From: Octopus sinensis
Lineage: Eukaryota
Direction of reading: 5' to 3'
Assembly (NCBI RefSeq): GCF_006345805.1
Contig: NC_043003.1
Location: forward strand, 29,202,001-29,266,000
DNA length: 64,000 nucleotides
The translations under genes were made by a program, and so were the position numbers. Below are positions 26,038-37,600 of this stretch, in pieces. Numbering within the stretch: the stretch's first letter is position 1; each line of letters opens with the position of its first letter. The notes under the pieces were generated by a model that was given only the letters and a program-made list of their open reading frames with translations, was not told the DNA's origin and did no database searches.

Positions 26038-29000
26038 ATCATCATCATCATTTAGCGTCCGTTTTCCATGCTAGCATGGGTTGGACGGTTCAACTGGGGT
26101 CTGGGGCCCGAAGGCTGCAGGCCAGTCAGATCTGGCAGTGGTTCTACAGCTGGATGCCCTTCCTAACGCCAACCACTCCGAGAGTGTAGTGGGTGATTTT
26201 ATGTGCCACCGACACAGGTGCCAGACGAGGCTGGCGAACGGCCACGCTCGGATGGTGTTTTTATGTGCCACCGACACAGGTGCCAGACGAGGCTGGCAGA
26301 CGGCCACGCTCGGATGGTGTTTTTATGTGCCACCGACACAGGTGCCAGATGAGGCTGGCGGACGGCCACGATCGGATGGTGTTTTTACGTCCCCAAAGCA
26401 CGGAGGCCAGTCTATGCGGTACTGGCTACGGCCACGTTCGGATGATTTTCTTGTGTGCCACCGGCACTGGTACCACAAAGATACAAATTCCATTTATGTT
26501 CATCTATTTTGATTTGTTTTGATTTGATTTGATTTGATTTTCACTTGCCTCAACAGGTCTTCACAAGTGTCACAAGAAGGAAGGTATGCATAGGTGGACT
26601 GTCTACGTCGCCGGGTCTTCGGATGGTGTCTTTATGTGCCACCGACACAGGTGCCAGATGTGGCTGGCGAACGGCCACGATCGGATGGTTTTCTTGTGTG
26701 CCACCGGTACTGGAACCACAAAGATACAAATTCCATTGATGTTCATCTATTTTGATTTGGTTTGATTTCACTTGCCTCAACAGGTCTTCACAAGTGTCAC
26801 GCGTGTCACACACTTGCCTCAACAGGTCTCCACAAGTGTCACACACTTGCCTCTGCCTCAACAGGTCTTCACAAGTGTCACACACTTGCCTCTGCCTCAA
26901 CAGGTCTTCACAAGTGTCATAAGAGGGAAGGTAAGCACAGGTGGACTGACTACGTCGCCGGGTCTTTGGATGGTGGTGGTGTTTTTATGTGCCACCGACA
27001 CAGGTGCCAGGTGAGGCTGGCGAACGGCCACGATCAGATGGTGTTTGTTGTGCCCACAGCACGGAGGCCAGTCGACGGCCACGTTCGGATGGTTTTCTTG
27101 TGTGCCACCGGTACTGGAACCACAAAGATACAAATTCCATTGATATTCATCTATTTTGATTTGGTTTGATTTCACTTGCCTCAACAGGTCTTCACAAGGG
27201 TCCACACTTGCCTCAACAGGTCTCCACAAGTGTCACACACTTGCCTCTGCCTCAACAGTCTTCACAAGTGTCACACACTTGCCTCAACAGGTCTTCACAA
27301 GTGTCATAAGAGGGAAGGTATGCACAGGTGGACTGACTACGTCGCCGGGTCTTCGGATGGTGTCTTTATGTGCCACCGGCACAGGTGCCAGATGAGGCTG
27401 GCGAACGGCCACGATCGGATGGTGTGTGTTGTGCCCACAGCACGGAGGCCAGTCGATGCGGTACTGGTTACGGCCACGTTTGGGTGGTTTTCTTGTGTGC
27501 CACCGGCACTGGTACCACAAAGAATACAATTCCACTGATGTTCATCTATTTTGATTTGTTTTGATTTGATTTGATTTTCACTTGCCTCAACAGGTCTTCA
27601 TAAGTGTCACAAGAAGGAAGGTATGCACAGGACTGACTACGTCCCCGGTCGGGGCCACGGGTTATGGCCTGACTAGTCTTGCCGGGTCTTCTCATGCACA
27701 GCATACTTCCATAGGTCTCGGTCTCTAGACATTTCCTTAGTGAGACCTAAAGTTCGAAGGTCGTGCTTCACCACCTCGTCCCAGGTTTTCCTGGGTCTAC
27801 CTCTTCCACAGGTTCCCTCCACTGCTAGGGTGTAGCACTTTTGCACACAACTATCTTCAGCCTTTCTTGTCACATGACCATACCAGCGCAGCCGTCTCTC
27901 TTGCACGCCACAACTGACGCTTCTTAGGTTCAACTTTTCTCTCAAGGACTTACACTCTGACGATTATGAACACTGACATTACACATCCATCGGAGCATAC
28001 TGGCTTCATTTCTTGCGAGCTTACGCATATCCTCAGCAGTCACGGCCCATGTTTCACTACCATGTAGCATGGCTGTACGTACACATGCATCATACAGTCT
28101 GCCTTTTACTCTGAGCGAGAGGCCTTTTGTCACCAGCAGGGGTAAGACTCTCTAAACTTTGCCCAGGCTATTCTTACTCTAGCAGTTACACTTTCAGCAC
28201 ACCCACCCCCGCTACTGACTTGGTCTCCTAGGTAGCGGAAGCTATCAACTACTTCTAGTTTGTCTCCCTGGAACGTGGCAGAAGTTGGTCTCTGCATATT
28301 TCCAGTGTTTATTGCTCCTGAGCATTTGCCACAGACAAAAACTATTTTCCTAGTTAGCCTTCCTTTGACATTGCTGCACCTCTTATGTGTCCATAGCTTA
28401 CACTTGGTGCATCTTATAGAGTTTCTACCTACACCTTTTTTACAGATCGAGCAGGGCCATCTACCTGAAGGCGTTTGTGATTGATCTACCTTCCTACTTA
28501 TTAGAACTTTGGTTTTGGCTAGGTTGATTCTAAGGCCCTTCGATTCTAATCCTTGTTTCCACACCTGAAACTTCTCCTCCAGTTCTGATAGTGACTCAGC
28601 AATTAGAGCAAGGTCATCAGCATAGAGGAGCTCCCAGGGGCAACCTGTCTTGAATTCCTCCGTTATTGCCTGGAGGACTATGATAAATAGGAGGGGACTG
28701 AGGACTGAACCTTGGTGGACCCCAACCTCTACCCGGAATTCTTCACTGTACTCGTTGCCACCCTCACCTTACTAGCAGCGTCTCTGTACATGGCTTGCAC
28801 AGCTCTCACCAACCATTCTTCTATCCCTAGTTTCCTCATTGACCACCAGATAAGGGACCGGGGGACCCTGTCAAAGGCTTTCTCCAAGTCAACAAAAGCC
28901 AGGTACAAGGGCTTATCTTTGGCTAGGTATTTCTCCTGCAGCTGTCTTACCAGGAATATAGCATCAGTAGTACTTTTCCCTGGCACGAACCCAAACTGCA

Positions 29001-30741
29001 TATCATCTAAGGTAACTCTCTCTCTAATTAGTTGGGCTACAACCCTCTCCGTAACCTTCATTACCTGATCCAGCAGCTTGATGCCCCTGTAGTTATTTGT
29101 CTCTAGGGCGTCGCCTTTACCTTTGTAGCAGTTGACTATTATGCTGCTACACCAGTCATTGGGTATGACCCCCTCGTGTATCACCTGGTTAACTATACGG
29201 GTGACTAAGCTATAGCCGACACCACCAGATATTTTGAGCATCTCTGCAGTAATTCCTGATGGGCCTGGGGCTTTCCCTGTTTTCATGCTTCTAATTGCCT
29301 TATCTACTAAGGAACTGTTAACTCGGATTGCTGGTCCCCTGTTGGGTCGACATTCGGCAGACTCTCTTTATCCCATTCATTTTCCTCATTCAGCAACCTT
29401 CATAGTGGCGTCTCCAAGCTTCTCTCTTTGCTCCTCATTTAACGCAAGTGAACCGTCCTCCTTGCGAACACATTTCTCTCCTACCACGTCACGATTCTCT
29501 CTCACACACTGTCTTGCAACACGAAATACCTCAAGTCTTTCATCCTCACGACGCAGGACATTGGCAAATTTTTCCTTATCTGCCTCCCCTCTGGCTAGAT
29601 AGACCTGTCTCCTGGCTTCCCTTCTGGCAGACTGATACACTTCCCTGCTACCACCGTTCTTCCAGGCCTTCCAAGCCTGTTTTTTTGTCTAATAGCCCTG
29701 TCAACAATATTGTTCCACCACCACGTTATTTTGGGTCTTAAGGGGACTTTGCACCAGCCACAGATCTGGTCAGCGGCTTTCAGCAGGTTGTCCCTCAGAA
29801 GCGTCCAGTTGTCTTCTACCCCATGCGTAGCTATACTCCCTTCCATTTCGTCTAAGGCTTCAAATAACATATCTCTAAATCTCTGTCCATTCGCAGGGTC
29901 TTTAAGCTTCCAGACCCTTCTTCTCCATGTTGGTCGTCTTCTAGTCGCCCTCTTAGTCCTGATCCTAAAGTCACTAACTACCAGTCTATGTTGTGGGGTG
30001 CATTCTTCACCTGGGAAGGTTTTGGCATTTATAAGCAGCCATCTTTCCCTTTTTCTGGCAAGGATGTAGTCGATTTGGCTAGTATGCCGGCCCGATCGGT
30101 AGGTGACCAGGTGGCTTGTCGGTTTCCTGAAGTTAGTGTTGCAAATCATAAGACTATTCGCATCGCAGAACTCCAGCAGCCTGGTTCCCTCCTCGTTGCG
30201 GGAACCATAACCGTAGCCTCCATGTACGCCATGGAAGCCCCCAGCACGTCGTCCAACATGCCCATTGAAGTCACCAGCCACAAAGAGAAGGTCCCTGTCG
30301 TTCGTCAATGATGTGGTCTGCAGTAGGGTGTCATAGAAACAGTCTTTCTGTCCATCAGGTAGCCCTGGCTGAGGGGCATAGGCCGATATAATAGTTGCTA
30401 AACTATGGTGGAGCACTAATCTAATCTTAATTATTCTGTCACTTACTCTGACTACCTCGATTACCTTATCTACCCATTTTTCGGCGATAAGCATGCCCAC
30501 ACCCCCGACTCCGTCAGTATTCCCAGCCCAGAAAATCTTGTACCTCTGTCCTTTGCCTGTGAGGAACCTAGCAGAACCTCCTCTCCACCTCACTTCTTGA
30601 ATGCAGCATATATCAACCCACCTCCGTTCAAGCAATTCAACTATCTCGCCAGATCTGCCTTTCAGTGTGCCACGTTGAGGGTGCCAACCCTGAGGCTGTG
30701 GGTGGGGGTGGAAGTGGTATTGGTCCTAATAGCGTCATGTC

Positions 30742-30745
<4 letters not shown>
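26038..30745 (-). mobile_element. Near full-length RTE-clade LINE, frameshifted (APE endonuclease + RT + PHD-like finger + expanded 3' UTR)
   Basis: APE motifs DICCIQEV, SAYAPQ, GDFNGH, SQIDYIL (29595-30635). RT motifs NYRGIKLLDQVMKV, QFGFVPGKSTTDAIF, AFVDLEKAFDRV, LYADDL (about 28610-29286). C-terminal RPRKTW. At least five frame breaks; (GAT)n tail at 26038; both flanks are (TA)n. Confidence 0.92.
26170..27645. repeat. Higher-order tandem array inside the RTE 3' UTR
   Basis: Marker ctacgtcgccgggtctt at about 26603, 26951 and 27338, variant at 27638. Nested about 33-39 bp (cttgcctcaacaggtcttcacaagtgtcacaca) and about 59 bp (ggatggtgtttttatgtgccaccgacacaggtgccag...) units. Confidence 0.85.
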
Positions 30746-30780
<35 letters not shown>

Positions 30781-30803
30781 AAGTATATATATATATATGT
30801 ATA

Positions 30804-30859
<56 letters not shown>

Positions 30860-30974
30860 GCTATATATATATATGTATATATATATTTATGTATATATAT
30901 ATATGTATATATATATATATGTATATATATATATGTATATATATATGTATATATGTATATATATATATATATAT

Positions 30975-31370
30975 CATCATCATCATCATCGTTTAACGTC
31001 GTTTTCCGCGCTAGCACGGTTGGACGGTTCACCGGGGTCTGGAGAGCCAGGGGCTGCTCCAGTCTGATCTGGCAGTGTTTCTACAGCTGGATGCCCTTCC
31101 TAACGCCAACCACTCCGCGAGTGTAGTGGGTGCTTTTTACGTGCCACTTGCACCGGTGCCAGAGGGGACTGGCATCGGCCACGATCGTTGGTGCTTTTTT
31201 TTATGTGCCACCAGCACAGAGCAGTCAAGGCGGTGCTGGCATCGGCCACGTTCGGATGTTTTTTTTAGTGCCCCGGCACAGAAGCCAGTCGGGGCGGTGC
31301 TGGCATCGGCCACGTTCGGATGGTGCTTTATATTGCCACCGCACAGGAGCCATTCGAGGCGGGGTTGGCA
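30975..31370 (-). mobile_element. RTE LINE 3'-UTR fragment, diverged subfamily
   Basis: (CAT)n-cgtttaacgtcgttttccgcgctagcacggttggacgg..., in (TA)n. Confidence 0.8.
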
Positions 31371-31383
31371 TATATATATATAT

Positions 31384-31432
<49 letters not shown>

Positions 31433-31509
31433 ATATATATATACATATATATATATATACATATATATATATTATAATATATATATACATATAATATATA
31501 TATATATAC

Positions 31510-31540
<31 letters not shown>

Positions 31541-32357
31541 CATACATATATATATATGTGTGTACATATATTATATGTGTGTACATACATATATATATAT
31601 ATATTATATATATATATATACATATATATATATACAAGAATGCATCTATATGTGCATGTGTATGAGGGTTCATGGCCTAGTGATTACAGTGTTACACTCA
31701 CAATTACAAGATCTTGATTTCAATTCCTGGAGCGGGTGGTGCATTATGTTCTTCAGCAAAACGCTTTGTCTCCCGTTGCTCTACAATCACTTTGGCACCT
31801 GGTGTGTGGTACACCATGCACCTGTTCAGACAACATCGATCTGATGTAGGGAATAAGCTAATGTACCACACAAACAAAACATTCATGCAGGTTCTTCAGC
31901 AAGAAACTGTAGAACTGTCTTTCTCAGACTAGAGACTACCATCATGCTTTAACCACCTCATCATACTCTTTTACTCTTTACTCTTTTACTTGTTTCAGTC
32001 ATTTGACTGCGGCCATGCTGGAGCACCGCCTTTAGTCGAGCAAATCGACCCCGGGACTTATTCTTTGTAAGCCAGTACTTATTCTATCGGTCTCTTTGGC
32101 CAAACCGCTAAGTGACGGGGACGTAAACACACGCATCGGTTGTCAAGCATGCTAGGGGGACAAACACAGACACATAAACATATACAACCACACACTTATA
32201 TATATATACATATATACGACAGGCTTCTTTCAGTTTCCGTCTACCAAATCCACTCACAAGGCATTGGTCGGCCCGGGACTATAGCAGAAGACACTTGCCC
32301 AAGATGCCATGCAGTGGGACTGAACCCGGAACCATGTGGTTGGTTAGCAAGCTACTT

Positions 32358-34413
32358 TATTTTATTTAATTTTCCACAAGGGCAGTACACAGATAGTAGC
32401 TACGGGCTGGACATAGACATTAATGAATGATGGTGATGAAGTGAAGATGATGATGGGAGAAGATGAAAGCGCCCGCAGACTTCCGCTTCTCTAAGACATT
32501 GTTCCTTTTTCAATAACTTCACAAAAAATTCCAAAATTCACAAAAATTCCAAATTTTACATATTACAAATTCAAAAATTTTACAAGAGGCAATAAACCTC
32601 TTTCTCAATATAATACAAAAACAGATTCACGTTACCCGGCTGATGAACGCTCTTGCTTCATTGAGGCAATCGTTCTTCGTCAGGCCCCCGCATACAGGTA
32701 TAAATTGAAGGAGTCCTCTGGGAAAGCGTTCGCGATCCTGCACCGATCGTTATCCCATAGGACCTCCGCAGCCAGCTGCGAAGGCCACTCGGGATCCTCC
32801 GCGCAGGACTGAAGTCCCTCCCATTGGCCTCTTTCCTCATTTTACCTATTTCATTTTCTAATGTTCCTCCTTTGTAGAAGAGGACTACATAATATTTCTC
32901 TGGCCACACAACCGCCGGAGGAGACATGGGAGACGCCGTCTGCGTGTTACATTCCGCTGGCAGCGTCCCGTTTCTCTTCTTTCTTTTTTTCTTTTTACCG
33001 TGAGCCACGGGAGGTTGGGGTTCCGGTATTGCACACGCCGGGTCCACTCTTTCTCCCGTAACTCCCGGGTCTTTTAGTGGGTCACCATTGTTCCCCACTT
33101 TTCGTTTTCTCGTTGAGGAAGTCACCGCTTCCTCGTTCTGTTTCTCTCCCTCCATTGGGGGAGCAGGGAGAGGCTCCGACATCAACTGCTCCAGGATCCT
33201 ACTTTGGTCCTTGGGGCAGTTCTTCTTAATGTGGCCGGTCTCCAGGCGCAGGTGACACTTGGGGGGGTGTCCCTCAAGCATCACCGGATACCTGGACCCG
33301 GCCATCCTCAAAAAGTCCGGAAAAACCAGACTTTTGGCTGACTGGGTCCATAGGGTCAAAACAGCTTTTGACCCCTCCCAATCAGCTGCAGGCTGCACTT
33401 TTACGTTCAGTAGCTTGGAACTGCTACCATCCAAGCCCCGGCGAATAGAGTCCTCTATCCACTCGGGCTCAACGCCTGGTGGTAAGCCACATATCCAAGC
33501 TCTCAACAATTTTTCTCCCTTGTAATTGGGGAGAAACAATATCTCTTCGCCTTCGATAGGCTGGCTTGCAAATTCGCAAGCTGCTTTAGGGGAGTCAAAT
33601 AGCAACCAAACTGTTGCGTATTTAACTCCCCGTGCGATATATTTAATGGCTGGCATGTAGTCTGCCAGCTCGTTTAAAATAGTAGCCTTTGGGAAGACTG
33701 CTATGGTGTCGAGCGACTTCGAGTATGTCCTCAGCACCACGGTCTTTTCCTCTAGCTGTTTCAAATATTTTTTGGGAGGTGTCAATTCCCACACAGTGAA
33801 TTCCTTTGCATAACGTAAGGTTCAAAATCAGTTCAAAATGTAATAAAATAAAATAAGATACAAAAGAGAGAATGAAAAACACAACAGAAGGGAAGAAACA
33901 AAATTAGAAATAGCAGTTCAAAAAAAGTTCTTTTTTTAAAAATAAACGATAGACGGAGGAAGAGAGTTCAAATCCAGACAAGGGAATTAATTTTTTCTTT
34001 TTTTTTTTTTTTTTTTTTTACTTTTTTCGGCCCAAAAATTGTATTCCAGGCCAAATGTACAGCTGGTAAAACACCTTGATAAAATAATCCTTGGTACTCC
34101 TTGGTAATTCCAGTGGATAACACAAAGACAATTTCCAAAACACAATTTTTGCAGAGGAACTACGCCTCTTCAAAAATACAATTCTCACTGCAAAGTGAGT
34201 CTTTACACTCGACTACAGGCAGAAAAATTGTCCGGAGCAAAGTGTAGTCTATTACTTGCTAAAAAAATATTAAATGCAAAGCAATAAACTTCACTAGGCC
34301 CCTAAATAAAATTCAACAAATGCCTACCTGTAGTCGAGTCTCAAAAATTCAACATTTCACGTCGAAGCACATGACAACTGGAGCAGCCAAAAAACACGTC
34401 TGAACACGTCAAA
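32358..34413 (-). mobile_element. ORF1-only (HAL1-like) non-LTR retroelement, 2.06 kb
   Basis: 16-bp TSD ggttagcaagctactt (32342-32357) / ggttagcgagctactt (34414-34429). About 620 bp 5' UTR starting tttgacgtgttcagacgtg, a single gag-like ORF, about 300 bp 3' UTR, A-rich tail, no APE or RT sequence. Confidence 0.85.
32658..33794 (-). CDS. L1/Tx1-type ORF1 (gag-like) protein, 378 aa, degenerate zinc knuckle, basic tail
   Basis: Open 378 codons. CHLRLETGHIKKNC is C-x2-C-x4-H-x4-C with the second Cys as CGC. KKKKRKKR tract. Homologous to ORF1 relics at 11860-12290 and 36935-37460. Starts at GTG, with an in-frame stop 10 codons upstream. Confidence 0.7.
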   Translation of the reverse strand: MWELTPPKKYLKQLEEKTVVLRTYSKSLDTIAVFPKATILNELADYMPAIKYIARGVKYATVWLLFDSPKAACEFASQPIEGEEILFLPNYKGEKLLRAWICGLPPGVEPEWIEDSIRRGLDGSSSKLLNVKVQPAADWEGSKAVLTLWTQSAKSLVFPDFLRMAGSRYPVMLEGHPPKCHLRLETGHIKKNCPKDQSRILEQLMSEPLPAPPMEGEKQNEEAVTSSTRKRKVGNNGDPLKDPGVTGERVDPACAIPEPQPPVAHGKKKKRKKRNGTLPAECNTQTASPMSPPAVVWPEKYYVVLFYKGGTLENEIGKMRKEANGRDFSPARRIPSGLRSWLRRSYGITIGAGSRTLSQRTPSIYTCMRGPDEERLPQ

Positions 34414-34498
34414 GGTTAGCGAGCTACTTACCACACAGCCACTCCTGCGCCTATCATATTTACTTATTAATGAGTTTTCTTCTAATTTTTAATTCCAG

Positions 34499-34949
34499 AT
34501 CACTAGTCATACATCACAGTCGATGAAGTACCATTTTCTTAACACAGTCATCCCAAACTTACAGAAATATAACATAAATAAAAGTTGGGTCAACATTCTC
34601 TTCGAAACCTACCCTGAGCTAATTCAAGTTACACACCAAAAGAGTTTGGACACCTTACAGCAAAAGAACTATGTTCTACGGAGCTCAACTCCTACAAAAG
34701 CTGCAAATAAAGCTCTCAGTGAATGGAAGGATCTTCAGAGTACAAAGAATTCATTGCAACAGGAACAAAAAGAAAAAGAAGAAGAAGAGATTTCTGAAGG
34801 TAGCAAAACTGAAGCAGCTGTCTCTGAAGATGAGTTGAATGATGATGAAGAACTGTCATCAAAACGGAAGCAGTTGTTAGAAAAGCTTAAACACCTGCGA
34901 AATGTCAAAGCCCAAAGGAAGTTGAGCACCTCGGAATCTGAGATTGAAG
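34499..34949 (+). CDS. TERF2IP: Coding exon 3, Myb recognition helix (ITSHTSQSMKYHFLNTVIPNL) plus acidic/coiled-coil region
   Basis: aattccag acceptor, phase 0 matches exon 2, donor G|gtgaga. HTSQSMKYHF parallels Rap1 HSWQSLKDRY. The symbol reflects domain similarity only. Confidence 0.85.
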
Positions 34950-35874
34950 GTGAGATATTTATCTTTCTTGTCATCCTTTCTTTATGTTCACTTCTTTTTT
35001 GCTGGCAGGGGTTGGACAAGAAATCTTCAGGCAGCAATATTCTATGGCTAGATGCTTCTCCCTAGGTAAGGAACATTATTCACTGTGAGACATTTTGTAT
35101 AAGCAGGATATAACCATATTTTTGATAGTTTCCTATATTGCAATAGCTTTTTTTTTTCCTCCCCCACCACCACCACAACAAGAAATACCAGTCTTTTTCT
35201 ATTTTTTGGGCCCCATGACTTTTAAAGAATAGATGTTTCCCTGGTCTAAAAGCAAAAGTGTGTTGGTATTTTGGTGAGCCATTATTTTATAGCTCTCCAT
35301 GTTGTACACGCACTAATTCTTGAGCTCCATGAGCTGCACAAGAAATAGCTTTCATTAAAACATGTGTGAGTAATGTCACTTTATTGCTAGGAAATCCTTT
35401 GGGACATCATTACGTATCCATCTGCATGCTGTAAGGCCTTTACTGAATTCTATATCCTCAGACACAACCAGGACAAAATCAAATAAAATGAAGAAGGCCA
35501 ATATTTTACAGAATAGTAATTGTGTTTCATGCTTTTCTTAGTCTTTCTATCTTCTGTTAACATCATCATCAACATAATTGATCAACCAGTCCCAACCAGT
35601 CAGGATTCACAGAATGGGCTGTACAATTCGTTCTTTCAATCGCTGAATAGAAAACGTGGTTCACAAGACCTCCATTCAGGTTATTTGCCTGAGTCACCAT
35701 CTCACCCTTGTATACCAATTTGTCATAAGATTACCCATTTATAGCCGAGTGAACTAGAACAACATGAAATGAAGGGTTTTGCTCAAGAACACAAAACGCA
35801 GCTGGTCTGGGGATTGAAGCCATGATCTCATGGTTGTGAGTGCCACACCCTAAATACCAGGCTATGTACCTTAA

Positions 35875-36092
35875 CCCTTTTGATACCAACCCACCTGAGA
35901 CCGCCTCAGGTTTTATGACATAAACTTATTCTTTGAAAATGGTTTAAATTATAATTTTCTATCAAAATCTTATGCTAATTTGTTTTCAGACCCCCAGCTT
36001 AATGAGAAATTATCTTACTAAATTCTTCATTATCTTAAAAATAAATTGAAACAAAAGCAGCATATGTTGACAGAAATATGGTAACAAAAGGG
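35875..36092. mobile_element. piggyBac-type MITE
   Basis: TTAA|CCCTTTTGATACCA...TGGTAACAAAAGGG|TTAA (13/14 TIR match); a partial relative starts near 21456. Confidence 0.8.
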
Positions 36093-36734
36093 TTAACACA
36101 TTATTGGATAGCTGTCGACTCTCTTGAGTTCCTCTGTCTTTTGATAGTTTCTGTTTTTCATCCCACAGGAGTCTAGTAAGTCACCCTCCTCACCAAGCAA
36201 GCTAGTTTAGTCACCAATGACCCAAGCATATAACAGGTTGTACTGGGTTACATGTTACCAGTAGTAACCGAGAGCAACCAGTTAAGAGTTTGAAACACCT
36301 AAGTAGTTAATGGTCATGTTTTTCTTCATGTTAAAGAGGAATTTAAATATAATATTGAGGGTCCCACTAAATAGTCAGACTGGATTCTTTATAGCACTTA
36401 GTCAACACTCTACTGTTTGCTTATTATTGTCATTTTTTGGTGATGGGAGGAGCATCTGGCCAAACAATATCTGCCTCAGTGAATTCCATCCACCCGTGCA
36501 GGCATGGAAATGTGGACATTAAGAGTGCCTGCAACTTGAAACCTTTTAGCTCTTAGTACAGTGAAAATTTCATTGTGCTGTGTTTAGTCAGAATTAAATT
36601 TCAATAGGTTAATGTACTTGTCCTACCATTCCATGCTCTCCACTCATTTGCATACATAAGAAAAACAGAAATTTCTTTTTTATATATATGCATCATTCTG
36701 TAAGAATCAAAAGTATCAAGAATGTGATTTTATG

Positions 36735-37600
36735 GTATGACGCCATCCTTTTTTTTTTGGTGTACTATTGCTTGTTTTGTGTGTCTTTTGAACACTTTGT
36801 TTGACTTGTTTTGCTGCCTTATGGCAGACTGTTGACGCTTCCCCACTTCAAAGAATGATGCAATATGAAGACTTCACCTCCTCGGAGCTAACATCTTCGT
36901 TGCAAGGAGCCACAATAGTGAGGTTGATTTATCGGTGCTAAAGAATTATAAGAATATGCTGAGTAGAGAGAGATATGATGTAAAGGAGTCCCCTCCTCCA
37001 GAAATGATAATTGACACAAAGGAGAGAACAATAATTTATAGAACCTATTCTACAGAAGCAGGGAAGGTAGAAATAATGGCAATGACACAGACTGAAAAGG
37101 CATTAAAATCAGTCTAGCAAGAAATCATGTATCTTGCCAGAGGAATGAAATATGGGACAGTGGAGGTGCATTTCTGAGAGGTGGCTATTTCCGTGCTACA
37201 CTCGGCAACCCCATTAAAAACTGAAGGAGTGGTTCTTCTACCCACATACCTTGGGAGGCATGCTTCCAGGGTGAGGGCAGAAGGTATGCCACCGGAAATT
37301 GATGTAGCCTGGATAGTAGCCACTATACTACTCAGAAACGAAGAAAAAATAATGGTTCTCCAGGCCACAAAAACAGCATACAAAAGTTAGAAAGGACAGA
37401 CCCTGGATATGATTATCCAAGGGTCACCAAAAAATATAGAAAATTTGACCAAAACTATCACGCAGATCGAAGTAAGGTATAAATGAAGCCACTTGGAGGT
37501 GGGGCCAAAAAGCTTCATTTCATTTTTCATTTCCATCTCATCTTGCTGTCATATGTTTCTTGTCCCTTCTTTGTTGGCCTCTTGTGGGTAATAAAAAATC
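36735..37600 (+). mobile_element. Second ORF1-only retroelement (866 bp, decayed, ORF1 N-terminal half)
   Basis: Identical 24-bp direct repeats aagtatcaagaatgtgattttatg at 36711-36734 and 37601-37624. One frame with stops: KERTIIYRTYS...YLARGMKYGTVEVHF...EGVVLLPTYLGRHASRVRAEGMPPEIDVAWI. Tail gcctcttgtgggtaataaaaaa. Confidence 0.8.

Larger units (their letters stand above)
31962..34453 (-). mobile_element. SINE family A split by the ORF1-only retroelement
   Basis: The body runs 31962-32357 (...accatgtggttggttagcaagctactt) and resumes at 34430 (accacacagccactcctgcgcctat). Confidence 0.85.

Noticed and set aside
26760-27310. CRISPR-like look of the repeated 33-39 bp unit cttgcctcaacaggtcttcacaagtgtcac
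   Set aside because: Units are directly adjacent with no unique spacers, lie in a LINE 3' UTR, and there are no cas genes in this eukaryotic context.
34523-35065. 180-aa ORF as a standalone gene
   Set aside because: It is exon 3 read through its donor at 34950 into the intron; the hydrophobic tail is intronic.
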